Below, one piece after another: positions 1-8,282 of a DNA stretch of 54,246 bases; position 1 is the stretch's first letter; the number at the start of each line of letters is the position of its first letter. Both the position numbers and the translations under genes were made by a program. The notes under the pieces are model-generated. The model worked only from the letters and a program-made list of their open reading frames with translations. It was not told the DNA's origin and searched no databases. The stretch comes from a virus (lineage: Duplodnaviria; Caudoviricetes), in the IMG/VR virus record IMGVR_UViG_3300024275_000003, positions 1 through 54,246 of that record. One strand, 5' to 3'.

Positions 1-127
1 TGTTACTGATTGACCCTCAAAATGACGGTCTATGAGGTGCTCACGGCTCTGGACGAGATCAAGTGCTACCTTATGTGCATCCCGCATGGCGACCGGTCTA
101 CGGCGCATTTCACCCGTTTTCTGGTCA
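1..127. repeat. Terminal direct repeat identical to 54120-54246 (circular assembly overlap)
   Basis: Exact 127-nt identity of both ends; the repeat cuts through a gene; 127 is a common assembler k-mer. Confidence 0.95.
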
Positions 128-447
128 AATACGAAATCTCCATTATCCAGCCGGTCTTCCAGCACATCGTACGACTTGGTAATGATCTTTTTGAGTCGAT
201 TACTGAGTTGCAGATCTTCTTGCACCCGTAGTTCTTCAATCAGATCCTTCCACCACTGGCTTGCCTTCCACACTTTCAAGGTATCGAAGGGGATTTTCAG
301 GGCACCAGAGGTCAGTTTGAGGGAACCGAGGATCAGATATGTCTGAACAGCCTCAATCTTCTGGGAATCACTCCACCAACCCTTCTTACCATTGATCGCT
401 CGCCTACGTGGGCTGAGTTTCTTTGTCTTTTCGTTGTCCGTGAGCAT
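1..447 (-). CDS. terS: Terminase small subunit, 5' part (continues across the junction to 53970; ~198 aa total)
   Basis: Not in ORF track; manual translation MLTDNEKTKKLSPRRRAINGKKGWWSDSQKIEAVQTYLILGSLKLTSGALKIPFDTLKVWKASQWW (HTH-like), AGGAG upstream, in frame with 53970..54227, lies upstream of HNH/TerL. Confidence 0.75.
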   Translation of the reverse strand, partial: MLTDNEKTKKLSPRRRAINGKKGWWSDSQKIEAVQTYLILGSLKLTSGALKIPFDTLKVWKASQWWKDLIEELRVQEDLQLSNRLKKIITKSYDVLEDRLDNGDFVFDQKTGEMRRRPVAMRDAHKVALDLVQSREHLIDRHFEGQSVT

Positions 448-466
448 CTCTGCTTGTCTCCTAAAT

Positions 467-530
467 TGGTCCGGTCTTGATGTAACGGTCGGGGCCGGTA
501 CCACGCCGAGATAGAAGGATCACCTCCTTC
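467..530. other. Structured leader: long hairpin (467-503) plus hairpin (514-530) containing GGATCACCTCCTT, the 16S rRNA 3' end sequence
   Basis: TGGT-CCGG-TCTTGA/TCGGGG-CCGG-T-ACCA stem; GAAGGA/TCCTTC stem. Confidence 0.5.
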
Positions 531-542
531 AAAAGATGTGGA

Positions 543-571
543 TCAGTACCACACTTCCAGGGAAAAGTCAA
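543..571 (-). promoter_or_regulatory. Weaker sigma70-like leftward promoter
   Basis: TTGACT-17nt-TACTGA; its -35 region is a direct repeat of that at 611-623. Confidence 0.4.
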
Positions 572-594
572 CGCTTTTCTCACTGTGAGTACAC

Positions 595-623
595 AGTCTA
601 TATCATTTTAAGGGAAAAGTCAA
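595..623 (-). promoter_or_regulatory. Sigma70-like promoter for the packaging/structural arm
   Basis: TTGACT-17nt-TAGACT pointing to terS. Confidence 0.65.
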
Positions 624-661
624 GCTTTTTCTGCTTCTAATGAAATATTTTTACAAAGTAC

Positions 662-690
662 TTGACAAATTGATTAAAATGTGTCAGATT
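662..690 (+). promoter_or_regulatory. Sigma70-like rightward promoter
   Basis: TTGACA-17nt-CAGATT; near-duplicate at 17369-17397. Confidence 0.5.
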
Positions 691-1111
691 ATAGATTCTT
701 TCTTTTCTTTTAGAAGTTAAAGAAATTTATCTTAACTTCTTTTCTTTTCTTTCTGCCAAGATATAAATTAAGTAACCTCTTAAACCTAAGAGCGTATCCC
801 TTTGGGATCGCGAAGGATGGAGACAGGTTCATCGTCGATCGATTCATCCTGAGCCAGCTTTTCACCTATCTTTAGTAACCCCCTCCCCTTCCAAAAATTA
901 CTAGAAACATAGTAAATAGGCTTTCGAGCTTTTCACTGCCTGTCGTTTTCCCCCCACCCCCTCTTCGTTTATTTGAGTGTATTTTTAAAAAGATGGACTG
1001 TTTTTTAGGTGTGAGATTTTGAGATGCTGGCAAATCCTTGTCTAGTCAATGACCTATGATATCCCCGCTTGAGGTGATGTAGTAGCAACGTGACCCATAG
1101 TTGCGGGACGA

Positions 1112-1129
1112 AGTCCTAACGTTAGTACC
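1112..1129. repeat. 18-bp dyad motif copy 1
   Basis: AGTCCTAACGTTAGTACC. Confidence 0.85.
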
Positions 1130-1353
1130 CGCCTGAAACCTTGCTATTTAGGTGTTTACCCCTATACAAACCTTCCTGTTATCACCTATACTTGAGCCTG
1201 TAACTGGAGAAAGAACTATGTTCAATGAACTAGCTAGTTGGTATCATGTTTGGTTGGTGGCGTGCTATATGCCATGGGTTGACCAGCAATCGGTTATGCT
1301 TGCCTATCGTCCTGCGGTATCGGACATTTTCCCTATGATTACTGGAGTCTAAA

Positions 1354-1563
1354 GTGATTGAGTTTTTACTTGCTGCTGTTTTTGTAATCTCCCTTGCTAC
1401 GGCGCTTATTGCGCTTGCATGCATCCGTGCTGGTATTGAGTACGACAAGTGGATGGAAGATTTCAACAAAGAGGGCATTAAAACGGCTCTAGAACCCGTT
1501 CTCCACGGTCCGGATATAGTGGGATATACCCTCGTTGGTGAGAGACGGTCTAAACCCCGTTAA
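1354..1563 (+). CDS. Small early protein with N-terminal hydrophobic helix
   Basis: GGAG SD before GTG, TM-like N-terminus, followed by terminator. Confidence 0.55.
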   Translation: MIEFLLAAVFVISLATALIALACIRAGIEYDKWMEDFNKEGIKTALEPVLHGPDIVGYTLVGERRSKPR

Positions 1564-1622
1564 GAGCGTTGCAACGCCAACGCGATGCGTTAGCTCAAAC
1601 GCGTTTAAACAGTATTCCAATG

Positions 1623-1644
1623 GCCCGCCTTGTGCGGGCTTTTT
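1623..1644 (+). terminator. Intrinsic terminator
   Basis: GCCCGC-cttgt-GCGGGC-TTTTT. Confidence 0.8.
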
Positions 1645-1653
1645 GCTTTCCGG

Positions 1654-1671
1654 AGTCTGAACATTATTACT
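1654..1671. repeat. 18-bp dyad motif copy 2 (degenerate)
   Basis: AGTCTGAACATTATTACT. Confidence 0.65.
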
Positions 1672-1928
1672 TTCCTTACAATTACCTTTCAATTGTAACA
1701 AAATGTAAAACCCTACCTATTAAGCGTCTACTTAATATATACTGGTCAATAAGTAGTGATGTATTCGGGTTTAAGTGGGCTATCGGTCCAATAGATCAAT
1801 TGAAAATGCCCTACACAAAGTCCATGGAATGGTCTATACTTGAGGGTAAGTAGTGCGGCTGTACCCTGTGATCGGTAAGGTTTGCTAGTCATATCATCCG
1901 ACTAGAAAGGGTTACAGGGGGTTGAGAG

Positions 1929-1946
1929 AGTCCTAACGTTATTACT
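1929..1946. repeat. 18-bp dyad motif copy 3
   Basis: gagAGTCCTAACGTTATTACTctc. Confidence 0.85.
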
Positions 1947-2047
1947 CTCGATAGGGCTTGAATGTTTGGGGAATTGATTCTATGATTGATGGTAACGACG
2001 CTACTGAAGCGATTCGTTCTTTTCTTTCACTCTCGAAGAGGTATGTA

Positions 2048-2911
2048 ATGAATGCGACAGCGAGTGTAGTAGAAGCGCGTATGGAGCCTGTCCAGAAAGC
2101 GCAAACGGGTCAACAGACCGTGCTTACGGGTCAATACCTGTATGACACGTTCATGAAACCGGATGCAGGTGAATCCACGAAGATGCAGATTGTTCGTAGC
2201 TGGGTTGATAACCAGTATGACGTGCTGCAAATCGCAGGTGCCTGTGATGGCATGGTCAAGAAAGCAGCAGAGCTTGACGCCAGCAAGTGGGACGGTCCTA
2301 CGAACGATAAAGGCGTCCCGATTGACGAACAAGGTAAGAAAGTGCGCGGCGTCAAAGAGCAAAGCGCAATGAACATGCGCACGGTCATCCAGACGGCGTA
2401 TGGTGCTATCAAGTTTGCCCGTCCTGAGCTTGAATCGCTTGGCTACGATGACTCGACGGGTTATCTGGCTATGCGAGTGTTGGCAAAGAAAGCGCTTGAT
2501 GAAAAGCGCATCACTTGGAAGGGCGAAGCGCAAAAGACGGACGTTGATCGCGCTAATGCTCGTTTGCGTAAGGAGCAAAAAGCAGAAACGGATGTTCTGT
2601 TGGACGTCATGAAGCAAGTGCCGCGTAACCACGATGAAACATTGCTTGCGTATAACCAGCGTATCGCGCAACTTGCCGAACAGGGTGTAGAACAAGCACG
2701 CATTGAAGCAGAAGCAAAGATTGTTGCTGACTTGCTCGAAAAGCTCGAAAAGCAGCATGGTACATCGCGAATGATCGCTTTGGCGCAAGCCATTTGTGAG
2801 CGTTACGACGTCAGTATCAACCTGGCTGAAAACGAACCGGAAAGCGAACCTGACGAGCAAGCTACGTTGGACGCCATGGCACAAGTACCTGAAGAACAAG
2901 CCGCTCATTAA
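2048..2911 (+). CDS. Early hypothetical protein, helical/coiled-coil, ~287 aa
   Basis: Long ORF, GAGG SD before ATG 2048, own terminator. Confidence 0.8.
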   Translation: MNATASVVEARMEPVQKAQTGQQTVLTGQYLYDTFMKPDAGESTKMQIVRSWVDNQYDVLQIAGACDGMVKKAAELDASKWDGPTNDKGVPIDEQGKKVRGVKEQSAMNMRTVIQTAYGAIKFARPELESLGYDDSTGYLAMRVLAKKALDEKRITWKGEAQKTDVDRANARLRKEQKAETDVLLDVMKQVPRNHDETLLAYNQRIAQLAEQGVEQARIEAEAKIVADLLEKLEKQHGTSRMIALAQAICERYDVSINLAENEPESEPDEQATLDAMAQVPEEQAAH

Positions 2912-2934
2912 AGGCCGCTTGTCACGTCAGATAA

Positions 2935-2954
2935 CCCCGCTTAGGCGGGGCTTT
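2935..2954 (+). terminator. Probable intrinsic terminator
   Basis: CCCCGC-ttag-GCGGGG-CTTT after stop codon. Confidence 0.6.
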
Positions 2955-2983
2955 GGCGTTAGTAAATAGCCGGACTCTCTGAG

Positions 2984-3001
2984 AGTCCTAACGTTAGTAC
3001 A
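2984..3001. repeat. 18-bp dyad motif copy 4
   Basis: AGTCCTAACGTTAGTACA. Confidence 0.85.
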
Positions 3002-3011
3002 TTTTAGGGGA

Positions 3012-3179
3012 ATGATTGTGCTACACGTCCTGATCGGTTTCTATATGGCTACTCGTATCCTAACGGTACAGGCTTATCATGATAATCTCGAAGTCACACT
3101 CGCCGCCAGTGCTGATACTCGCATTGCGTACACCAAGATTTCCGTCAAAGGGACCAACAAAGATGAAAACGCAAGTTAG
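3012..3179 (+). CDS. Small hypothetical protein (55 aa)
   Basis: Manual ORF MIVLHVLIGFYMATRIL..., AGGGG upstream. Confidence 0.4.
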   Translation: MIVLHVLIGFYMATRILTVQAYHDNLEVTLAASADTRIAYTKISVKGTNKDENAS

Positions 3180-3309
3180 AAACCTTATGTGGATTGAGAA
3201 AGACGACCCGACAGGTTTTTGGAGCGTCCGCGTTGTTAAACATGCTCATGGTCCCTATGGTGTTTGTGGTGGACATTGGGTATCGTTCAAAAATGTAGTG
3301 TGGTGCTAA
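3163..3309 (+). CDS. Small hypothetical protein
   Basis: MKTQVRNLMWIEK..., SD AGGGA, upstream of terminator. Confidence 0.45.
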   Translation: MKTQVRNLMWIEKDDPTGFWSVRVVKHAHGPYGVCGGHWVSFKNVVWC

Positions 3310-3368
3310 CAAGGGTTTAGTCCAAAACCCCTCATAATTCCCCCATTGATGAGGGGAAACTAGGACAG

Positions 3369-3396
3369 GCAGCCCCGTAAAACGGGCTGCTTTTTT
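3369..3396 (+). terminator. Intrinsic terminator
   Basis: GCAGCCC-loop-GGGCTGC-TTTTTT. Confidence 0.8.
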
Positions 3397-3482
3397 ACGT
3401 CTCGAATAAATAACGTTGTAAATAAACAACACATATATGTAAGGTATTTGTAGTCTTTAGTCACCAAGGGCCGAAGTCTGAG

Positions 3483-3500
3483 AGTACTAACATTATTACT
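3483..3500. repeat. 18-bp dyad motif copy 5
   Basis: AGTACTAACATTATTACT. Confidence 0.85.
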
Positions 3501-3759
3501 GTGATTGAATAACCAAGCTACTCCGCAAAGTAGCAAAAATAAGTAACAAAGATATACCACAAGCAAAGCGCAATGCCTTGCTTATGGGGGAATCCAACCA
3601 TAACCCACACATTCGTGTGGCGTAGTATCTCCAACTGTTTCAAATGTAGTTCGCTGTAGCTTATTTCTCGCCTCTCGCATTTGCTCGTTCTGCGAAAGGG
3701 GTTTCGCTTTAGCGCCTTTTCACGTCCAAAAAACGAGGGTGCTAAATCGGGACTAAACT

Positions 3760-3777
3760 TGTCCTAATATTGGTACT
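3760..3777. repeat. 18-bp dyad motif copy 6
   Basis: TGTCCTAATATTGGTACT, just upstream of the early operon. Confidence 0.7.
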
Positions 3778-3795
3778 CTTGAAATGGAGTTAAAC

Positions 3796-3984
3796 ATGGT
3801 TGTCAATATCTATCATGCAATTTCAGGCAATTTGCTAGCCAAGATGGGTGCAGTTGATTCACCTGAAAAGGCTGTACTGGAGTACGCAAAGGCTTTTCTA
3901 AATGAAGAGTTCAAAACGTACAGTGAATTTGTTAATCGGAACCCGTTGTTTGCAATGGGATTGATTGCAGTACCCCTACATTAG
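3796..3984 (+). CDS. Hypothetical protein
   Basis: GGAG SD, first gene of a tightly packed operon. Confidence 0.65.
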   Translation: MVVNIYHAISGNLLAKMGAVDSPEKAVLEYAKAFLNEEFKTYSEFVNRNPLFAMGLIAVPLH

Positions 3985-3998
3985 GAAGAGATTTCTAA

Positions 3999-4304
3999 AT
4001 GAAACCGTTTAATCTTGAGGATGCAAAAGCCGGTAAGCCATTCACTCATGTGAATGATCCCTTGAAGCGTCCGTATTATTTTGTTGGCGTTTCTACGATC
4101 GGTCGTATCGTTGTTGAGGTAGAACAAGGTCAAAGGTTCCTCGATTACGAACCGGAAGATCTTCGAATGATTCCGGAAAAGAAAACCACGGTGGTTTATC
4201 TGATTCGTAATAAAGAAAACGGTGTTGTTTTTTCGTCAGATTATGGTCCGGCAAACTCGCGTTATGAGCTTCTCGGTGAACATCTTTTCGAATATGAGGA
4301 TTGA
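3999..4304 (+). CDS. Hypothetical phage protein (MKPFNLEDAKAGKP type N-terminus)
   Basis: N-terminus typical of small phage proteins; operon context. Confidence 0.75.
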   Translation: MKPFNLEDAKAGKPFTHVNDPLKRPYYFVGVSTIGRIVVEVEQGQRFLDYEPEDLRMIPEKKTTVVYLIRNKENGVVFSSDYGPANSRYELLGEHLFEYED

Positions 4305-4492
4305 TTTACATGGTTACTTGGTTGATTAAGTGTATGAATACGGTTTCTCCTTATGACCTGATTGAACGTGAGGTCGCGGCGGATAGCGCTGCTGATGCAA
4401 TGGCAATCAGTGATTTTGAGAAAGATGATTATCTGGCTATTTCTGCGAGGTTTAAGCAAAATGACCACGGAGCAAGCGCTCAAACTGGCTGA
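4301..4492 (+). CDS. Hypothetical protein
   Basis: Fills operon gap; start uncertain. Confidence 0.5.
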   Translation: MIYMVTWLIKCMNTVSPYDLIEREVAADSAADAMAISDFEKDDYLAISARFKQNDHGASAQTG

Positions 4493-4616
4493 TGAGTATG
4501 AACAGCGTGGAGTTATTTCCACATCAGCAAAGGCTTTGATTCAACTCGCCAAAGAGTTTCGAGCTTTGGCTAATCTTCGGACGGAGAGTCCTAACGTTAT
4601 TACTGGAGAGAAATGA
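4461..4616 (+). CDS. Hypothetical protein
   Basis: MTTEQALKLADEYE..., GAGG SD. Confidence 0.55.
   Translation: MTTEQALKLADEYEQRGVISTSAKALIQLAKEFRALANLRTESPNVITGEK
4587..4604. repeat. 18-bp dyad motif copy 7 (intragenic)
   Basis: AGTCCTAACGTTATTACT, identical to copy 3. Confidence 0.85.
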
Positions 4617-4686
4617 TGTATCGTTGCTGGTGTTGCAAGTCCAACGATGTTTTCTATAACGTCTGTCGTGAATGCGGAGCTATTCA

Positions 4687-4899
4687 ATGGCAGTTTTAAA
4701 CGAAGACAGCTACGATGAAATCAATGCAATCCTACGCCAAATCAGTGAGGAAACTCAGGATGAATCAATTCGCAGCACAAGCAGCGCAGCCAGCACAACC
4801 ATTTCGCGACATGCGCACCTTGTACACATCGGCAGCGGAGAAGATAGCGGAATCATCTTCTGGCAATCTGTACCTACCCACGAAGTTTCTGTCAGCTAG
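4687..4899 (+). CDS. Hypothetical protein overlapping the next gene
   Basis: GGAG SD, MAVLNEDSYDEINAILRQISEE. Confidence 0.4.
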   Translation: MAVLNEDSYDEINAILRQISEETQDESIRSTSSAASTTISRHAHLVHIGSGEDSGIIFWQSVPTHEVSVS

Positions 4900-5689
4900 T
4901 TGGAGTGATTCCACACAGGATAACTACGGCAACGAACGAAATGATGGTCGTCAGTTGATGACTGGTACTCATCAAGTCCTGACCGTCGGTGCAAAGAATG
5001 AGTACAGTGGTTATGGTCCGTTCCAGTGCTGTGGTTCTCAGGTGATTCATGGATTGTCCCAAAGTTTCAGTAATATCCGTGATATGCAGGATGCACTTGC
5101 TTTGTGGTTGCGTACAAAAGGTAGTCATCTGACATATTACATGCTTGCATCCACTCCACAGGTTAACAATCAACAAACCAACGAAATGTCTGTTCTTCGT
5201 TGGCTGATAAGGCTCGGTGCAAAGGAGATCGATAAACGACCCAATCTGTTCCATAGCCCGAATCTGATGCATTTGTTTGTGATTAATCTCGGCCAGTGTG
5301 ATCTTTCTGAATTTGTCGTTGATCGTGGCAGGATTGCATCCGGACAACCGGGTTATCGTTCATTTGGTTTTGAACACCATGCCCATAACTGGGTTCCTGT
5401 GTGGTGGACGAAGTTGTCTGAAGGTGAACAACGAATCTGGCTGAAACAACAAGAGGACAAGTGGCAAAAAGGCGAAGCCGAACGAAAAGCACGTGAAGAG
5501 GGAAAGCTGCGCGCCCGGATGGAAGAACGTCTGTGGAATCTGGCTTACGATACAGTAGCCGATTCACAGAAGCTTGATGTACAAGCACTCCATGCGTTGT
5601 TGAGGAGGTATGGAGAAGCCCGTCTTATCGGTCAGGTGTGTGATGAATTCCAGAAGTTTATTGATCTCGCAAAGGGAGGATTGAAATGA
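4760..5689 (+). CDS. Hypothetical protein with CCG motif
   Basis: Long ORF, GAGGA SD; FQCCGSQVIHG. Confidence 0.8.
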   Translation: MNQFAAQAAQPAQPFRDMRTLYTSAAEKIAESSSGNLYLPTKFLSASWSDSTQDNYGNERNDGRQLMTGTHQVLTVGAKNEYSGYGPFQCCGSQVIHGLSQSFSNIRDMQDALALWLRTKGSHLTYYMLASTPQVNNQQTNEMSVLRWLIRLGAKEIDKRPNLFHSPNLMHLFVINLGQCDLSEFVVDRGRIASGQPGYRSFGFEHHAHNWVPVWWTKLSEGEQRIWLKQQEDKWQKGEAERKAREEGKLRARMEERLWNLAYDTVADSQKLDVQALHALLRRYGEARLIGQVCDEFQKFIDLAKGGLK

Positions 5690-6096
5690 AGCGTGTTTAT
5701 CGTCATATTGAATCCAGTGATTTGCCCAAGATCCAAGCGGGTAAGTTGAAGTGTGTAGTTATCAATAGTAAAACTGGGGAGACTTATCCTGCCCGTTTGA
5801 TTAGTAACCAGTTTGGTTCTGCCAATGTAATTGCTTTCCTGTATTCGCACGATGGTCATGATTATTTGATCACATCATTGTCAAGTGGTATCTTACAGGT
5901 GGATATCACTCCTGAGAAGCGATACACAATCTGGAACAAGCAAAGGGGGCGGTTTGCTTTGATGGGAGGAACAGATATTCCTGTTTTTAGCAACAAAATT
6001 GAAGCTGAGAGCTGTATTACGGAGGTAGTGCGTAGCTTTGCGCTCAAAGATGGATCTAATTTTGCAGTCGTTGAATTCGATTATCCGGGGGAGTAA
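5686..6096 (+). CDS. Hypothetical protein
   Basis: GGAGG SD, ATGA coupling. Confidence 0.75.
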   Translation: MKRVYRHIESSDLPKIQAGKLKCVVINSKTGETYPARLISNQFGSANVIAFLYSHDGHDYLITSLSSGILQVDITPEKRYTIWNKQRGRFALMGGTDIPVFSNKIEAESCITEVVRSFALKDGSNFAVVEFDYPGE

Positions 6097-6109
6097 TAAT
6101 ATGAGTACC
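6092..6109. repeat. 18-bp dyad motif copy 8, overlapping start codon 6101
   Basis: AGTAATAATATGAGTACC. Confidence 0.65.
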
Positions 6110-6355
6110 ACATACGTTGAGCGCTGCTTGAACCAATGTAAGAGTCACACCAAGCACCTTAGCAATGGCGACTTCGTCGTTGGCCTTCCGGGGGGTGTGT
6201 ATGATCTGTTCTTCGGTGACGGTTGGAAAGATCGTGTACGTTTCCGTATTCGCAAGGTATCGGTGATTGGTTCCACAGTCACGAAGTTCGAGCAACTCAG
6301 TGGCCTTCGTCTGTCCGATAACCTGCAACAGATGATCTTGAAGGAGGTAGGTTAG
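6101..6355 (+). CDS. Hypothetical protein
   Basis: GGGGAG SD, MSTTYVERC. Confidence 0.7.
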   Translation: MSTTYVERCLNQCKSHTKHLSNGDFVVGLPGGVYDLFFGDGWKDRVRFRIRKVSVIGSTVTKFEQLSGLRLSDNLQQMILKEVG

Positions 6356-6358
6356 ACC

Positions 6359-6976
6359 ATGGCACGACAAGTAAAGGAAAGAAATCCTTTGCGCCCTCAT
6401 GAACAACCCGATGACGAAACGGATGGCCGGGTGTTTTTTGAGATTCCCCAACTGATTGTAGTAGAACATCCAAAGAAGAGTACTAATATGAGTACTTCCC
6501 CGAATCCGGTAACGGATATTGCTGGCGCAGAGAAGACAGGTATCCGCACTGCTAGCTGTAATTTCGATGGCGCATTGCGAAAGCCGGACGGTTACCCGGA
6601 AGTTGTAGGGTATGGTTGCACCAAGAGTCCGGATATCGGTGATGCTAACGATTATCTGGTTCGTAACGAGATTCATGGCTATGGCAAGGGCACGATTGTT
6701 AGCCGTCGTTGGGCCATGCCGTGGCGATTTATGTACCACCATCAGTGGGGTATCATCCACGCAGTGCATTACACACCGCGTAAGGGTGTGGACTGGTTCC
6801 CGTACACGGTGAAGTGGTTCGAAGTGGGTCAGGAAGAGGGTGCATGGGCCGAAGATCTTCTGGTTATCCATGCGTGTATGGATGATGAACTGTTGATTTC
6901 CATCGTTGAAGAGCAAGGTGTGGATGTATCGGAAGCTCGCAATATGATGGAACAACGTCGTAAGGGAGCCGTTTAA
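6359..6976 (+). CDS. Hypothetical protein
   Basis: AGGAGGT SD, 205 aa. Confidence 0.75.
   Translation: MARQVKERNPLRPHEQPDDETDGRVFFEIPQLIVVEHPKKSTNMSTSPNPVTDIAGAEKTGIRTASCNFDGALRKPDGYPEVVGYGCTKSPDIGDANDYLVRNEIHGYGKGTIVSRRWAMPWRFMYHHQWGIIHAVHYTPRKGVDWFPYTVKWFEVGQEEGAWAEDLLVIHACMDDELLISIVEEQGVDVSEARNMMEQRRKGAV
6479..6496. repeat. 18-bp dyad motif copy 9 (intragenic)
   Basis: AGTACTAATATGAGTACT. Confidence 0.8.
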
Positions 6977-7198
6977 ATGAAACAGATTCTGGTTCTTCAC
7001 CACCAAAATGATTATGGTGTGCGTGGTGTGCGTGCGGACACTCTTGAAGAATGTGTATCTCGTATGCAAGAGGAAAATATTGATATAGACGAATGTGAGT
7101 TCTTTGAACTGGATCTAAATACTATGTTTGATGTAGAGATGGTTCCAGTTCGTAAGACGATACCTGTTCGGAAACCCAAGGAGAAGGCTGGTGGCTGA
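6977..7198 (+). CDS. Hypothetical protein
   Basis: GGGAG SD, abutting upstream gene. Confidence 0.7.
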   Translation: MKQILVLHHQNDYGVRGVRADTLEECVSRMQEENIDIDECEFFELDLNTMFDVEMVPVRKTIPVRKPKEKAGG

Positions 7199-7424
7199 TA
7201 TCACAGATGCATATGACCGTCATCTGTTGACAACATGTATTGTGGGTCACTCCTACATCACAGTGCTGTCAACACCCCGCGCTCCCGTTGAAATTGCCGA
7301 AGCAGCTCTGGAAGCGGCTGGAAATATTAAGAAACCGTTTGTTGTAGTTAGCTGTCATCGACTGGCACCACGTACCTTTGCGGATTACGTGGCTCTCGAA
7401 ATCGCAGACATTGTTCTGGAGTAA
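7191..7424 (+). CDS. Hypothetical protein
   Basis: AAGGAG SD, GTG start. Confidence 0.6.
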   Translation: MADITDAYDRHLLTTCIVGHSYITVLSTPRAPVEIAEAALEAAGNIKKPFVVVSCHRLAPRTFADYVALEIADIVLE

Positions 7425-7439
7425 CCTAACATGAGTACG
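7422..7439. repeat. 18-bp dyad motif copy 10 (partial), overlapping start codon 7431
   Basis: TAACCTAACATGAGTACG. Confidence 0.4.
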
Positions 7440-7880
7440 AAACGTCTTTGGTTTGTCCTTCCACTGGACATTCAGCAAGATCCGCTTGTGGCTGCATTTG
7501 GTCCGGAAGTAGATGGACCGATCGAGCCAGAAGCACAGCCGGCACGTAATCGAGCGCCGCGCATCGTCGACAATGAACTTGCGGTTCTTGCACGGGGCGC
7601 TGTTCGTCCTGCTGCACCTGCCGCGCCAATGCGTCGTGGTTATGGTTTCCAAATCTCTTCGGTATCGAAGAAGGAGTTTAGCAAAGCATACACGTCGGAA
7701 GAGTTTGCGATTGAACAAGCTCGGGAACGTGCATCAAAGGAACCTAAGCGTCCGTTTGGTGTATTCAGTTGTGTTCGTGTGTTTGAAACGATGGAAGCTC
7801 CAATTATTGACAAGGAGTTTAACGATGCTGGTGAACTTCGTATCAAGGTTAATAAGGAGGAACGTGAAGATGTCGCGTAG
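7431..7880 (+). CDS. Hypothetical protein
   Basis: GGAG SD, 149 aa. Confidence 0.75.
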   Translation: MSTKRLWFVLPLDIQQDPLVAAFGPEVDGPIEPEAQPARNRAPRIVDNELAVLARGAVRPAAPAAPMRRGYGFQISSVSKKEFSKAYTSEEFAIEQARERASKEPKRPFGVFSCVRVFETMEAPIIDKEFNDAGELRIKVNKEEREDVA

Positions 7881-8265
7881 ATATGGTGTTAATTTTGGTG
7901 TTAATTTCGCGGTTATTCAAACTCCTTATTGCTGTGGTCTGTTGGAAATCGGAAGAATGGCGGAAGCAGGTGTGGTTAACACACAGGACAATTATCATCT
8001 TGCTTCTTTTGGAGATAATCGAAAAGATGCATGGGCTAACGCTCTTGAAAAGATTCGCCATCTGGAGGCCGCGCGGAGGCCTCCCCGCCCTTTCTTGATT
8101 AATTTTAAGAGACCGAAGGAGAACAAGAAGAACTATGAATGTCAAGCTTTTCTGGATCTGGTAAAGAAACAGGAAGACTTCGTGTTCATCAATGAATACA
8201 CGAATCCTAATACAGGCAACACGATCTTCTGTTGCATGTTGAAGAACGGTAGTAAGATTATCTAA
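7870..8265 (+). CDS. Hypothetical protein with CCG motif
   Basis: AAGGAGG SD; TPYCCGLLEIG ... YTNPNTGNTI. Confidence 0.7.
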   Translation: MSRRYGVNFGVNFAVIQTPYCCGLLEIGRMAEAGVVNTQDNYHLASFGDNRKDAWANALEKIRHLEAARRPPRPFLINFKRPKENKKNYECQAFLDLVKKQEDFVFINEYTNPNTGNTIFCCMLKNGSKII

Positions 8266-8282
8266 CTGAAAGGAACACAGCG

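Noticed and set aside
467-530. tRNA gene or rRNA fragment
   Set aside because: No cloverleaf or TTCGA T-loop; the 16S match is limited to 13 nt.
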